Assembly: GCA_027451285.1 (NCBI GenBank)
Contig: DAIDJP010000019.1
Coordinates: 9,041 to 73,040 of the forward strand
Direction of reading: 5' to 3'
Length of the DNA: 64,000 bases
Origin: Acidimicrobiaceae bacterium
GTDB lineage: Bacteria > Actinomycetota > Acidimicrobiia > Acidimicrobiales > RAAP-2
Shown here: positions 1-8,453 of the stretch, one piece after another
Layout: every line of letters starts with the position of its first letter
Numbering within the stretch: the first letter of the stretch is position 1
Made by a program: the position numbers and the translations under genes
The notes under the pieces: generated by a model
Told to the model about the DNA's origin: nothing
Databases searched by the model: none
Seen by the model: the letters and a program-made list of their open reading frames with translations, nothing else

Positions 1-100
1 ACCGATACCTGGGGGTCGTGGAAGGTCGTCGTGACGAAGAAGTCGGCGGGCTCGACCAAGTCGACGTCGCCCACCACGACGAGCCCGGCAGGGGGCGGCG

Positions 101-1105
101 GTGGCATCGGTTTCTGATCTGCGCGAGGATCCTCTCGTACGTTCTCTGCCCGTCGTGCGTCGTCGGCCCCTCACGTCACGCGTCTATCTCCCGGCCGTCT
201 CTCTCGCGCTCGTTGCCGCGGCCCTCGTCGTCGACGGGTGGGTGAGTCGCTGGGGCGGCGCCAACTTCGCCGCCTCGATGACGAGCCTGCGCGTCGTGCT
301 GGTCGGGCCAACGACGCTCCTCGTTCTGGCGATCTTCCTCGTCGTCGAGCGCCTTCGTCCCGCCCAGCGCCGGCCGATCTTCGCCCGAGGGTACCGCCAC
401 GACCTCCTTTACACCGTCTTGAACGCGACGGTGGTCGCGCCACTGGTGGTGGCGCTCTCGCTCTCGTTCGCCAGTGTCACCCGTCGAGCGATGCCCTGGG
501 TGGTGATGCCCCACGTCGCCACGGTGCCGCGTGGAATGGTGATCGCCCTGATCTTCGTGGCGATGGACGGCTGCAACTGGTTGGCGCACCTGGCCAATCA
601 CAAGGTCCAGGTGATGTGGCGCTTTCACGAGTTGCACCACTCCCAGGAGGACATGAGCGTCCTTACGGTCTTTCGCACCCATCCTCTCATCCACGTCTCC
701 TACCTCATCGCTCTCGTGCCCGGGATCGTGCTCGTGGCCAACGGCGCGGTACCCACGACGCTTCTCGTCGCCTACGGAGCCTTCGTCGCCTTCGAGCACT
801 CCAACACCAACCTTGGATTCGGGCCCCTCGAACGAATCTTCGTCAGCCCCAACTACCACCGGATCCACCATCGACTCGAAGGGCGTCAGGACGTCAACTT
901 GGGCTTCGCCCTCACCATTTGGGACCAGCTCTCTCATCGTTCGGTGTTCCCGAGTCCCGCGACGGTCCGCGCCGACACCGGGCTACCCGGGCGGCCTCTG
1001 CCGGTCGAGCAAGCCGGCGAACGGCCCCGACACGTCGCCACGTTGCTCGCTCAGCTCTGGGGACCGTTTCGTCCCCTCGAGCGCGTCGAGGGGCCCAGGT
1101 CGTGA
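101..1105 (+). CDS. Sterol desaturase / fatty acid hydroxylase superfamily membrane protein
   Basis: His boxes HLANH, HELHH, FEHSN and HRIHH plus hydrophobic helices. Start codon uncertain. Confidence 0.85.
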   Translation: MASVSDLREDPLVRSLPVVRRRPLTSRVYLPAVSLALVAAALVVDGWVSRWGGANFAASMTSLRVVLVGPTTLLVLAIFLVVERLRPAQRRPIFARGYRHDLLYTVLNATVVAPLVVALSLSFASVTRRAMPWVVMPHVATVPRGMVIALIFVAMDGCNWLAHLANHKVQVMWRFHELHHSQEDMSVLTVFRTHPLIHVSYLIALVPGIVLVANGAVPTTLLVAYGAFVAFEHSNTNLGFGPLERIFVSPNYHRIHHRLEGRQDVNLGFALTIWDQLSHRSVFPSPATVRADTGLPGRPLPVEQAGERPRHVATLLAQLWGPFRPLERVEGPRS

Positions 1106-1599
1106 CCATCTCGTCGGCCCAGCCATCACGCCTCAGACCTCTTGCACTCGTGCTGGGCGCATCACCGAGTCCCCTGGCGCGTGACGGCGCCCTCGTGGTG
1201 GCGCGCGCCGTGGTGGCGTGGATCTTCGTGTACTACGGCGCCGGCAAGCTTTTCGGTGCCTTTGGCGGGCCAGGCCTGCATCGCACCGCGCTCTACTTTT
1301 CTCAGACCGCGCACCTGCGCCCCGGCGGGCTGTTCGCGGTGGTGGGTGGGGTGATCGAGTTCGGGGGAGCTCTCGCGATCGCGCTCGGTCTCGTGTCGCG
1401 CGTGGCGGCGCTGGCGCTCCTGGGGGATCAGGTCATGGCGATCATCACCGTCACCTGGCACAACGGCATCAACTCTCTCAGCGCGACGCCCGGATACGAG
1501 TTCAACCTCACGCTCTGCGCCCTGTCGGTGGTCGTGATCGTGTTCGGCGCGGGACGACTGAGCCTCGACGCCGTCCTCGCGCGGAAGTTGCGCGCGTGA
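1102..1599 (+). CDS. DoxX family membrane protein
   Basis: C-terminal part of ORF 238..1599; GTG at 1102 overlaps the upstream TGA; motifs YGAGKLFG-FGG-G, EF-GALAIALG, G-GRLSLD. Confidence 0.85.
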   Translation: MTISSAQPSRLRPLALVLGASPSPLARDGALVVARAVVAWIFVYYGAGKLFGAFGGPGLHRTALYFSQTAHLRPGGLFAVVGGVIEFGGALAIALGLVSRVAALALLGDQVMAIITVTWHNGINSLSATPGYEFNLTLCALSVVVIVFGAGRLSLDAVLARKLRA

Positions 1600-2264
1600 G
1601 CGCGGCATCGGGGATTCTGCTCAGACGTCACCGCTTCCCGCCATCGAACGGTACGCGTCGACACCGGCTCGCCCGCGCGGGCGCGAATCTCACGGGCGCC
1701 ACGGGTGCCGCGTTCTTCGTTCGCGCCGGCCTCCAGCACTTCCTCGCCACCCGCTCGGCGATCGGCGCCGGCTTCGTCGTCGCCCAGGTGTGGGTGGTCA
1801 TCGCGTATCTGGTGCGCCGTCCGCCCACCGCGGTGACGACACGGGCGCGCCACTGGCTCGTGGCCTTCGGCGGAACCTTCGGCGGAGTACTCCTTCGACC
1901 GTCGGGCTGGCACAGTGCGCTCGGGGTCACCGTCGGCACGGTCCTCCAGGGTGGCGGACTCGTCCTCGCCGCGGCCGCCCTCGTCACCCTGGGTCGGTCT
2001 TTCGGCTTCGCGGCCGCGGATCGGGGACTCAAGGTCACGGGCCCCTACCGTGCGGTTCGCCATCCGCTCTACGGCGCCTACGTGCTCCTCCAGCTCGGGT
2101 ACCTCGCCCAGAGCGTCTCGGTCGCGAACGTCGCGATCGTCACGGTGGTCATCTCGTGCGATGTCGCGCGCGCCCTCGCCGAGGAGCAACTCCTCAAAGC
2201 CAACGCGACGTATCGTGACTACTGCGCCCGGGTGCCGTGGCGTTTGGTGCCGGGCCTGTGGTGA
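1596..2264 (+). CDS. Isoprenylcysteine carboxyl methyltransferase / PEMT-like membrane methyltransferase
   Basis: GTGA overlap with DoxX; motifs LGRSFG, TGPYRAVRHPLYGAY, EE-LL---Y-Y---V-WRLVPGLW. Confidence 0.8.
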   Translation: MSAASGILLRRHRFPPSNGTRRHRLARAGANLTGATGAAFFVRAGLQHFLATRSAIGAGFVVAQVWVVIAYLVRRPPTAVTTRARHWLVAFGGTFGGVLLRPSGWHSALGVTVGTVLQGGGLVLAAAALVTLGRSFGFAAADRGLKVTGPYRAVRHPLYGAYVLLQLGYLAQSVSVANVAIVTVVISCDVARALAEEQLLKANATYRDYCARVPWRLVPGLW

Positions 2265-2283
2265 GTCGACGTAGTCTCGCGAC

Positions 2284-2622
2284 GTGGCCTACGACGAGGT
2301 GCTCGCTAATCGGATCCGCGAGGTGATCGGCGCGCGCCGAGACCTGCGCGAGACGAAGATGTTCGGCGGGTTGGGCTTCCTCGTCGGTGGCCACCTGGCC
2401 GTGGCGGTGATGAGCGCGTCGCGCGGCATGATGGTGCGCGTCGATCCCACGAACCACGACGCGATGCGCGCCCAACGCGGTGCGGGACCCTTCGTGATGC
2501 GCGAACGCGAGATGCCCGGGTGGATCATCGTCGAGGCCGAGGCGCTACGTACGACGCGCGATCTCACACGCTGGGTGCGTCGGGGCCTCGCCTACGCGCA
2601 GTCCCTCCCGCCAAAGAGCTGA
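2284..2622 (+). CDS. TfoX/Sxy N-terminal domain protein
   Basis: MAYDEVLA-RIR, KMFGGLGFLVGG, M-GWIIV; leaderless -10 TAGTCT (2272-2277) 6 nt before the GTG. Confidence 0.8.
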   Translation: MAYDEVLANRIREVIGARRDLRETKMFGGLGFLVGGHLAVAVMSASRGMMVRVDPTNHDAMRAQRGAGPFVMREREMPGWIIVEAEALRTTRDLTRWVRRGLAYAQSLPPKS

Positions 2623-2638
2623 GCGGCCAACGGGTCGC

Positions 2639-2908
2639 CTACTTCGTGTGACCGACGTGCCAGCGAGCGCACGTGTCGCACTGGTAGACGCTCATCGGCG
2701 AACCGTCGCGGCTGAGACGATGGGCCTGGGCGAGGGCCGCCTCGCGTGTCGGATATCCCACCTTGGGCCGTCCCCTCGCGCTGGTGTGCGAACGGGGCCC
2801 GCGCTTTAAGGACGTGCCGGCGCGGTGGCGTCCGCCGTAGCGACTCGACCAGCGCAGCACGAGGGCGATCCCCGCGGCCGCGATGACCAGCACGATCCAG
2901 GCAGACAT
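2639..2908 (-). CDS. Small hypothetical protein: N-terminal TM helix and C-terminal CxxC-H-H putative zinc finger
   Basis: ATG at 2908 after GAGGGAG SD; ends VYQCDTCARWHVGHTK. Confidence 0.6.
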   Translation of the reverse strand: MSAWIVLVIAAAGIALVLRWSSRYGGRHRAGTSLKRGPRSHTSARGRPKVGYPTREAALAQAHRLSRDGSPMSVYQCDTCARWHVGHTK

Positions 2909-2995
2909 GAACGCTCCCTCTGACGCCTCGTGGCGCCGAGTTGTGAGACCTCTCACCGTATCGGGCTCGTCCGGGTCCGATACGGCGCGTGGCGA

Positions 2996-3772
2996 TCAGT
3001 AGTCGTTGACGTGGGTGACTTCCAGGTGGCGGCGCACGTCGCCGTGGGCGATCAGCAGTTCGACGCGCTCGCCGATGTCGTGGCGCCGCAGAGCGCCCTG
3101 GACGTCGGACACGCTCGTGACCGCCTCACCGTCGATCGCGAGCAGTCGATCGCCCGCGACGACGCCGGCGTCGGCGAGCTGGCTGGCGGGTCGCGGACGC
3201 TGCAGGTCGAATCCCTCGCGGGCGGGGTCGCCGTCTCGGTAGGAGAGGGTGGCAGCGGCGCCATGGCCCACGCTGACGCAGCCGCACGCTCCCAGGCTGC
3301 ACATCGGGCACACGCAGTGACAGTCGAGACCCGCGCCGGCGAGCTCGTCACTGACGAGACGGGCCAACCCTTCGGCGAGTTCGCTCGCGGCCTGCGCGGC
3401 CTCGTTGAGGTGACGGGGGGCGATCTCTCGCAGGCGCGGGTCGTAGAGGCGCAGCGACATCTCGAAGAGCGCCGCGTAGGCGATGGCGGCGTGCGAGTGC
3501 CGCGCGTACAGGGCGATGGCCGCGACCGACGCCGGGCCGGCGACGGCCACCGTGCTGCGTGGCGCGGGCGTTTCTTTGTTGGCGTCGTGATCCCCCGCGC
3601 GCAGGTACGCGTCGAGTGCGTCGAATCTCGCGCTCGCCCTCTCGGCAAGGTGCTCGGGCATGGTCGCTACGACGTGCTCGTCGAGAGATCCGAGGTACGT
3701 GAGGATCTCGCCCTCGACGCCGCGCAGGCTCGCGACGCTCGCGGCGAGTAGGGCGGTGCGTGCATCGGTCAT
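2996..3772 (-). CDS. Ferritin-like (DUF892-like) helical domain + hexa-Cys motif + C-terminal PDZ domain
   Basis: AGGGGAAG SD; CHCVCPMCSLGACGC; PDZ signature S-LADAGVVAGDRLLAIDGEAV. Ferritin-like call is weaker. Confidence 0.7.
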   Translation of the reverse strand: MTDARTALLAASVASLRGVEGEILTYLGSLDEHVVATMPEHLAERASARFDALDAYLRAGDHDANKETPAPRSTVAVAGPASVAAIALYARHSHAAIAYAALFEMSLRLYDPRLREIAPRHLNEAAQAASELAEGLARLVSDELAGAGLDCHCVCPMCSLGACGCVSVGHGAAATLSYRDGDPAREGFDLQRPRPASQLADAGVVAGDRLLAIDGEAVTSVSDVQGALRRHDIGERVELLIAHGDVRRHLEVTHVNDY

Positions 3773-3828
3773 GACTTCCCCCTTTGGCGATTACCTCACT
3801 GTGCGCGAGCCACCGATCGCGGGATTAG

Positions 3829-4596
3829 CTAGATGGCACCCGAGAGACCGCCGTCGACGCTGATGCCCACGCCCGTGACGTAGGACGCGCGCGGCGAGAG
3901 TAGGAACGTGGCCACGTTGGCGAACTCGGCGGCAGTACCGATGCGACCGAGGGGGATTCCCGCGCGGCTGGCCATCTCGCGGTAGAACTCGTCGAGGTCG
4001 CGCTTGGCCTCGGCGGCTCGGCGCACCCACTGACCCGACTCGATCAGACCGATCAGGATCGCGTTCACGCGCACGCCGCGCGAGCCCACTTCGTGCGAGA
4101 GCGCCTTCGTGAGAGCCAGCCCGGCCGCGCGCGAGGCGGCCGTGGGCGTCGAGTTGGGCGGCGGCGTGCGCGCCATGATCGCGAGCACGTTGAGGATCGA
4201 ACCGTGAGTCTCTTCGAGCGCGGGCAACGCCCGGCGTGACAGGTGCAACGCGGCGATGACCTTGAGCTCGTAGTCCGCCCGCCAGGCTTCGTCGGTCGAA
4301 GTCGCCACCGAGGAGGCGGCGCTGCGTCCGGCGTTGTTGACGACGCCGTCGATGCGTCCGAAGCGCGCGAGAGCCACGTCGTAGAACTCGTCGAGCGCGG
4401 TGGCGTCGGTGACGTCGGCCTCGACGCACAGGGCCTCGGGGCCAAGGCTCTCCTGGGCGAGGGAGAGGCGCTGGGGGTCGCGTCCGCACACCGCCACGCG
4501 CGCGCCCTCGGCGAGCAGGCTGGTGGCCAAGGCCATGCCCAGGCCGTCGGTGCCTCCGGTGATGAGAAAGGCTCGGTTGTCCAGTTCTAGGTCCAT
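3829..4596 (-). CDS. SDR family oxidoreductase
   Basis: ITGGTDGLG, NNAG, GVRVNAI; leaderless -10 TAGGAT. Confidence 0.9.
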   Translation of the reverse strand: MDLELDNRAFLITGGTDGLGMALATSLLAEGARVAVCGRDPQRLSLAQESLGPEALCVEADVTDATALDEFYDVALARFGRIDGVVNNAGRSAASSVATSTDEAWRADYELKVIAALHLSRRALPALEETHGSILNVLAIMARTPPPNSTPTAASRAAGLALTKALSHEVGSRGVRVNAILIGLIESGQWVRRAAEAKRDLDEFYREMASRAGIPLGRIGTAAEFANVATFLLSPRASYVTGVGISVDGGLSGAI

Positions 4597-4624
4597 GGAC
4601 TCATCCTAGAAACGTCCCCGAACG

Positions 4625-4660
4625 CACGACGGCCCGGCTCTGGCGAGCCGGGCCGTCGTG
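4625..4660 (-). terminator. Intrinsic terminator hairpin after the cytochrome b module
   Basis: Perfect 16-bp stem CACGACGGCCCGGCTC / GAGCCGGGCCGTCGTG with a 4-nt loop, 6 nt past the stop at 4667. Confidence 0.8.
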
Positions 4661-4666
4661 GTCGGA

Positions 4667-5608
4667 TTAGTTGCGGTAGTGCTCTCGCCAGATCAGTCGG
4701 TAGACCTTGACCTTGCGCGGGATCGCCCGCAGGCCCGGGATCAGCGGCAAGAAGAGCAGGATGACCGACAGGAGCATCATCGTGGCCCAGACCTGGACGT
4801 CGGCGTTGGCACTCGTGGAGAACGGCGACACTTGGTACCAGAAGGTGTAGAGCCACAGCCACGCCTGACCCGGGTAGCTGTTCGTCTCGTTCATCATGCC
4901 CCACTGGCTGCCCAGGAGGTGCTGCTTCTCGGCGAGCTGCGCGAGGTAGCCGCCGTCGGAGAGGAACAAGAGGGGCTTCGTGTAGTCCATCGAGAAGAAG
5001 TTCCCGCCCTGGACGAGCGCCGTGTCCAGCGCGCCGGAACGCGCCATCGCGGTGAGGTCGTTGATGAACACGGGCACGGGACCGGCGTTGGACGCGTTCA
5101 CCGCGATCTGGCCGTTCTTGAAAGTCATCGTCGAGTCGGCCTTGGTGTAGTTGTTGACCCAGGTCGTCTGCTGGCTGGTCGACGCCGACTTCCACGTGGA
5201 CAGCGCGCTCGAGAGCTGCGCGTTGTAGGGCAGCGACTCGAGGGGCCCCAACACGAAGTCCTGCTCGGTGTTGATCGGGATGCGCACGCCCACCCACTTG
5301 GCCAGCGTGAGCGGACCGAGCTTCTGGCCGTCACTCGCCGTGTTGTAGGGCGCTCCGTAGCCGGCCGTGGTCGTCGTGCCGTTCATCTCATTGATGGCGG
5401 TCATCGCGAAGTCGGTGGGTGCGGCGTTGGCCCAGTTCTTGATGGTGATCTCGTGGTCGTCCGGCGCGCCGAAGAGGGTGGCCAGGATGACGGTGAGCAG
5501 TCCCACGACCACCAGGGCGATCGTGCCCTCCTTGATGATGTCGTAGGGGCTGTGACCGCCCTTCCACTCCGGGGCGTCGACGTCGGGACGGAATGCCTTG
5601 GAACTCAC
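4667..5608 (-). CDS. Cytochrome b partner subunit (subunit IV-like ends, large extracytoplasmic insert; no CxxCH)
   Basis: N-terminal PYDIIKEG plus TM helix, about 200-aa polar domain, C-terminal TM helix; start overlaps the cyt b stop. Confidence 0.6.
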   Translation of the reverse strand: MSSKAFRPDVDAPEWKGGHSPYDIIKEGTIALVVVGLLTVILATLFGAPDDHEITIKNWANAAPTDFAMTAINEMNGTTTTAGYGAPYNTASDGQKLGPLTLAKWVGVRIPINTEQDFVLGPLESLPYNAQLSSALSTWKSASTSQQTTWVNNYTKADSTMTFKNGQIAVNASNAGPVPVFINDLTAMARSGALDTALVQGGNFFSMDYTKPLLFLSDGGYLAQLAEKQHLLGSQWGMMNETNSYPGQAWLWLYTFWYQVSPFSTSANADVQVWATMMLLSVILLFLPLIPGLRAIPRKVKVYRLIWREHYRN

Positions 5609-6228
5609 TGTGCTTCACCAACCTTGTCTTCGTAGGGGGGGACGACGCCCTTGATGCGCACGAGCAGGACGTGCAGGGCGGTGAGGACGACCGCGGCGAG
5701 CGGCAGCAGGACGATGTGCCACATGAGCATCTGGCCGAGGTTGAGCACGTTGAAGAACGCGCCGGCTCCCGTCGAGTTGATGCCGTCCTTGGCCTGGGTG
5801 GTGATCCACTGGGAGTCGAAGTTGCTCTGGGAGGCGTAGCCGGTGAACGCGGTGGCGATCGAGGCGAGGAACGTGACTACCCCCGTCATCCACGTCGCGG
5901 TGCGACCGCCGCGCCAGGCGCCCATGAAGAACTTGCCCCACAGGTGCACCACCATGGCGAAGAAGAAGATCTCCACGCTCCACAGGTGCAGTGAGTTCAC
6001 GAAGTGCCCGATCGAGGACTCGTGCCACCACTGCGGTCCGCGCAGCGCGAGGATCAGCCCGGAGCCGATGACGACCGCGAGCGCGGACATGGTCGTTACG
6101 CCGAAGACGTAGATCCACGACGAGACGTAGGCCGGCTGGGTGTCCGGCAGGAGCTTCTCCGGGGGCAGCTTGCCGGCGACCCTGCGGCGCAGGCGAGTGG
6201 TCCACTGCTGGTCGATGCTGGTGCTCAC
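5605..6228 (-). CDS. Cytochrome b6-like (cytochrome b N-terminal domain, four heme His)
   Basis: SLHLWS, VHLWGKF, WHIVLLP, LHVLLVRIKG give the four b-heme ligands; also W-TGV and FTGY. Confidence 0.9.
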   Translation of the reverse strand: MSTSIDQQWTTRLRRRVAGKLPPEKLLPDTQPAYVSSWIYVFGVTTMSALAVVIGSGLILALRGPQWWHESSIGHFVNSLHLWSVEIFFFAMVVHLWGKFFMGAWRGGRTATWMTGVVTFLASIATAFTGYASQSNFDSQWITTQAKDGINSTGAGAFFNVLNLGQMLMWHIVLLPLAAVVLTALHVLLVRIKGVVPPYEDKVGEAQ

Positions 6229-6407
6229 TTGCTCTCCTTTCGGCGGTTACGCCCGGGGAAGGGCAGAAGCAGGGCCGCGATGAATGTGACGACCATCAGG
6301 ACTATGACGATGAAGTTGGCCACACTGATGTTGATGACACCCCAGTGCAGATAGTGGCCGTAGCCATCGAGCGGTATCAGCGCCGCTAGGAAAGAAAACC
6401 ACGCCAT
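6225..6407 (-). CDS. Small membrane protein, first gene of the cytochrome b module
   Basis: 60 aa, GHYLHWGVINISVAN plus one TM helix ending LPFPG; stop overlaps the cyt b start. Confidence 0.65.
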   Translation of the reverse strand: MAWFSFLAALIPLDGYGHYLHWGVINISVANFIVIVLMVVTFIAALLLPFPGRNRRKESK

Positions 6408-6473
6408 AGATATCCCATTTCTCCGATCTCATGGTGCTGGACCCAGTGTGGCACGTCATTGCGGAGAACTACC

Positions 6474-6489
6474 AGGGCCTAAAGCCCCC
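6474..6489. promoter_or_regulatory. DosR/DevR/OsdR-like imperfect palindrome
   Basis: AGGGCCTAAAGCCCCC resembles the GGGACTAAAGTCCC-type consensus; about 70 nt upstream of the cyt b module. Confidence 0.4.
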
Positions 6490-6506
6490 GCCTATCGTCC
6501 CTGATC

Positions 6507-7475
6507 CTAAGCCTTTGCGCTAGAGAAGGAAGGAATTGGATTTTCGACCTTCGGCGCGCGACGGGTGCCGGGCTCGCGGTCGTGCGCGCTCTGGCGCAGG
6601 TGGAACTGCGTGACGCCGATCGACAGCGAGATCGCGCCGGCCACGTGCAGCTCGACGAGGACGACCGGCACGTGGGTGAGGTACTGGGTCACGCCGATGG
6701 CCGCCTGGACGAGTGAGATCACGACGAGGCGGCGCACGCCGTGCTGGAGGGCGAGCGGCGCGCTCGAGCCCCAGATCGCAAAGACCAATCCCGTCACCAG
6801 ACCGATGAAGAGGACCGCGGCGACCGAGTGGACCCACGCGGCGTCGGCGAAGGCGAAGGGCAGGCGCCGCGCGACCAGCTGGCCCTGGGAGCCACCGGCG
6901 TGCGGTCCCGATCCCGTGGCGATGGTGCCGGTGGCGAGCAGCACCACGAAGGGGATCCACAAAAGCCGCGCGATCAGGCGAAAGTGTGGGTCGCGCACGT
7001 CGCAGCGCGCGCCGGGCCCGTAGACGTACTTGGAGCGGTGATAGAGGATCGCGCCCACGACGACCATGGAGAGCGAGAGAATCATGTGCAGTGAGACGAG
7101 CCACGGGTTGAGCTTGGAGTAGACGACGAAGGCGCCGAGGATCGCGTCGGCGACGACGCCGGCGATCAGCAGCCCCGAGAGGACGAGCAGATCGCGACGG
7201 CGCACCTCGCGCAGCCACGCGGCGATGAAGGTGGCGATCGCGACCAGGATGAGCGTGACCGTGACGATGCGGTTCGCGTACTCGATGAGCGGGTGGATCG
7301 ACCACGACCCCGCGATGCGGTGGTGATAGCAAGTGGGCCAGTCCGGACAGCCCAGGCCCGAACCGGTGAGGCGCACGGCCGCTCCGGTCAGGACTATCAC
7401 GATCATCGAGACGAAGGAGGCGAGCGCGAACCAGCGAAAGACGGGGATCGTCACACGTCGGCGAGTTCCGGTCAT
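6507..7475 (-). CDS. ctaA: Heme A synthase (COX15/CtaA family)
   Basis: TGAAVRLTGSGLGCPDWPTC, EYANR, VSLHM, WVHS, LHVAGA; leaderless -10 TAGGCT. Confidence 0.9.
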   Translation of the reverse strand: MTGTRRRVTIPVFRWFALASFVSMIVIVLTGAAVRLTGSGLGCPDWPTCYHHRIAGSWSIHPLIEYANRIVTVTLILVAIATFIAAWLREVRRRDLLVLSGLLIAGVVADAILGAFVVYSKLNPWLVSLHMILSLSMVVVGAILYHRSKYVYGPGARCDVRDPHFRLIARLLWIPFVVLLATGTIATGSGPHAGGSQGQLVARRLPFAFADAAWVHSVAAVLFIGLVTGLVFAIWGSSAPLALQHGVRRLVVISLVQAAIGVTQYLTHVPVVLVELHVAGAISLSIGVTQFHLRQSAHDREPGTRRAPKVENPIPSFSSAKA

Positions 7476-7516
7476 TTTCGTAGCCTAGGGAAGGACCGAC
7501 TCATAGAATGCTCCCC

Positions 7517-8431
7517 ATGACAATCTCGGCCACGAGCCCTCGCTCGACCTCGGACGTGGTCAAGGGATACGTCGCCCTCACCAAGCCGCGCATCATTGAA
7601 CTCCTGCTCGTCACCACGGTGCCCACGATGGTAGTGGCGGCCAATGGCATCCCCAGTCTGTGGCTGATCGTCACGACGCTGATCGGCGGCACGCTGGCCG
7701 CCGGCGGGGCGAACGCCTTCAACATGGTGATCGACCGCGACATCGACGCGGTGATGCAGCGCACCAAGCGCCGTCCGCTGGTGACCGGCGTGATGACCCC
7801 GCGCGCCGCGACCGTCTTCGCGGCCGCCCTCGAGATCGTCTCCTTCGCGGTGCTCTCGACGTGGGTCAACCCGCTGTCGGCGTGGCTCGCGCTCTCGGCC
7901 ACCGCGTTCTACGTCTTCGTCTACACGATGTGGCTCAAGCGGCGCTCCAAGCAGAACATCGTGATCGGCGGCGCGGCCGGCGCGGTGCCGGTGCTGGTGG
8001 GCTGGGCCGCGGTGACCAACTCGCTCACCTGGACGCCGGTGCTGCTCTTCGCCGTCATCTTCATCTGGACGCCGCCGCACTTCTGGGCGCTCGCGGTGCG
8101 CTACCGCGATGACTACGAGGCGGCCAACGTGCCGATGATGCCGGTGGTGGCCTCCTTGCGGCGCACGACGCTCGAGATCCTGGTCTATTCGGTCGTCCTG
8201 TGGGCGATCACGATGCTGATCGGTCCCTTCGCCCACTTGGGCTGGATCTACGCGCTGGCCTCGACGGTGCTGGGCGCACTGTTCTCCTTCTACGCGCTGC
8301 GCCTCTATCGCCACGCGGCCTCCAACAAGGCCGACGTTGCCGAGGCCATGCGGCTCTTCCACTTCTCCATCACGTACCTGACGGCCCTCTTCGTGTTCAT
8401 GGCGGTTGACGTCCTTGTCCGATTCCACTAG
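7517..8431 (+). CDS. ctaB: Heme O synthase (protoheme IX farnesyltransferase)
   Basis: LTKPRII, DRDIDAVMQRTKRRPL, WTPPHFWALA; ATG 7517 lies 7 nt after TAGAAT. Confidence 0.95.
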   Translation: MTISATSPRSTSDVVKGYVALTKPRIIELLLVTTVPTMVVAANGIPSLWLIVTTLIGGTLAAGGANAFNMVIDRDIDAVMQRTKRRPLVTGVMTPRAATVFAAALEIVSFAVLSTWVNPLSAWLALSATAFYVFVYTMWLKRRSKQNIVIGGAAGAVPVLVGWAAVTNSLTWTPVLLFAVIFIWTPPHFWALAVRYRDDYEAANVPMMPVVASLRRTTLEILVYSVVLWAITMLIGPFAHLGWIYALASTVLGALFSFYALRLYRHAASNKADVAEAMRLFHFSITYLTALFVFMAVDVLVRFH

Positions 8432-8453
8432 TCCGCGGCGGCGACCGTCGCCG

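Noticed and set aside
2284-2622. TfoX gene as competence regulator linked to the T4SS-like operon
   Set aside because: TfoX N-terminal-only proteins are widespread and not shown to regulate competence. It is 14 kb away with no shared motif.
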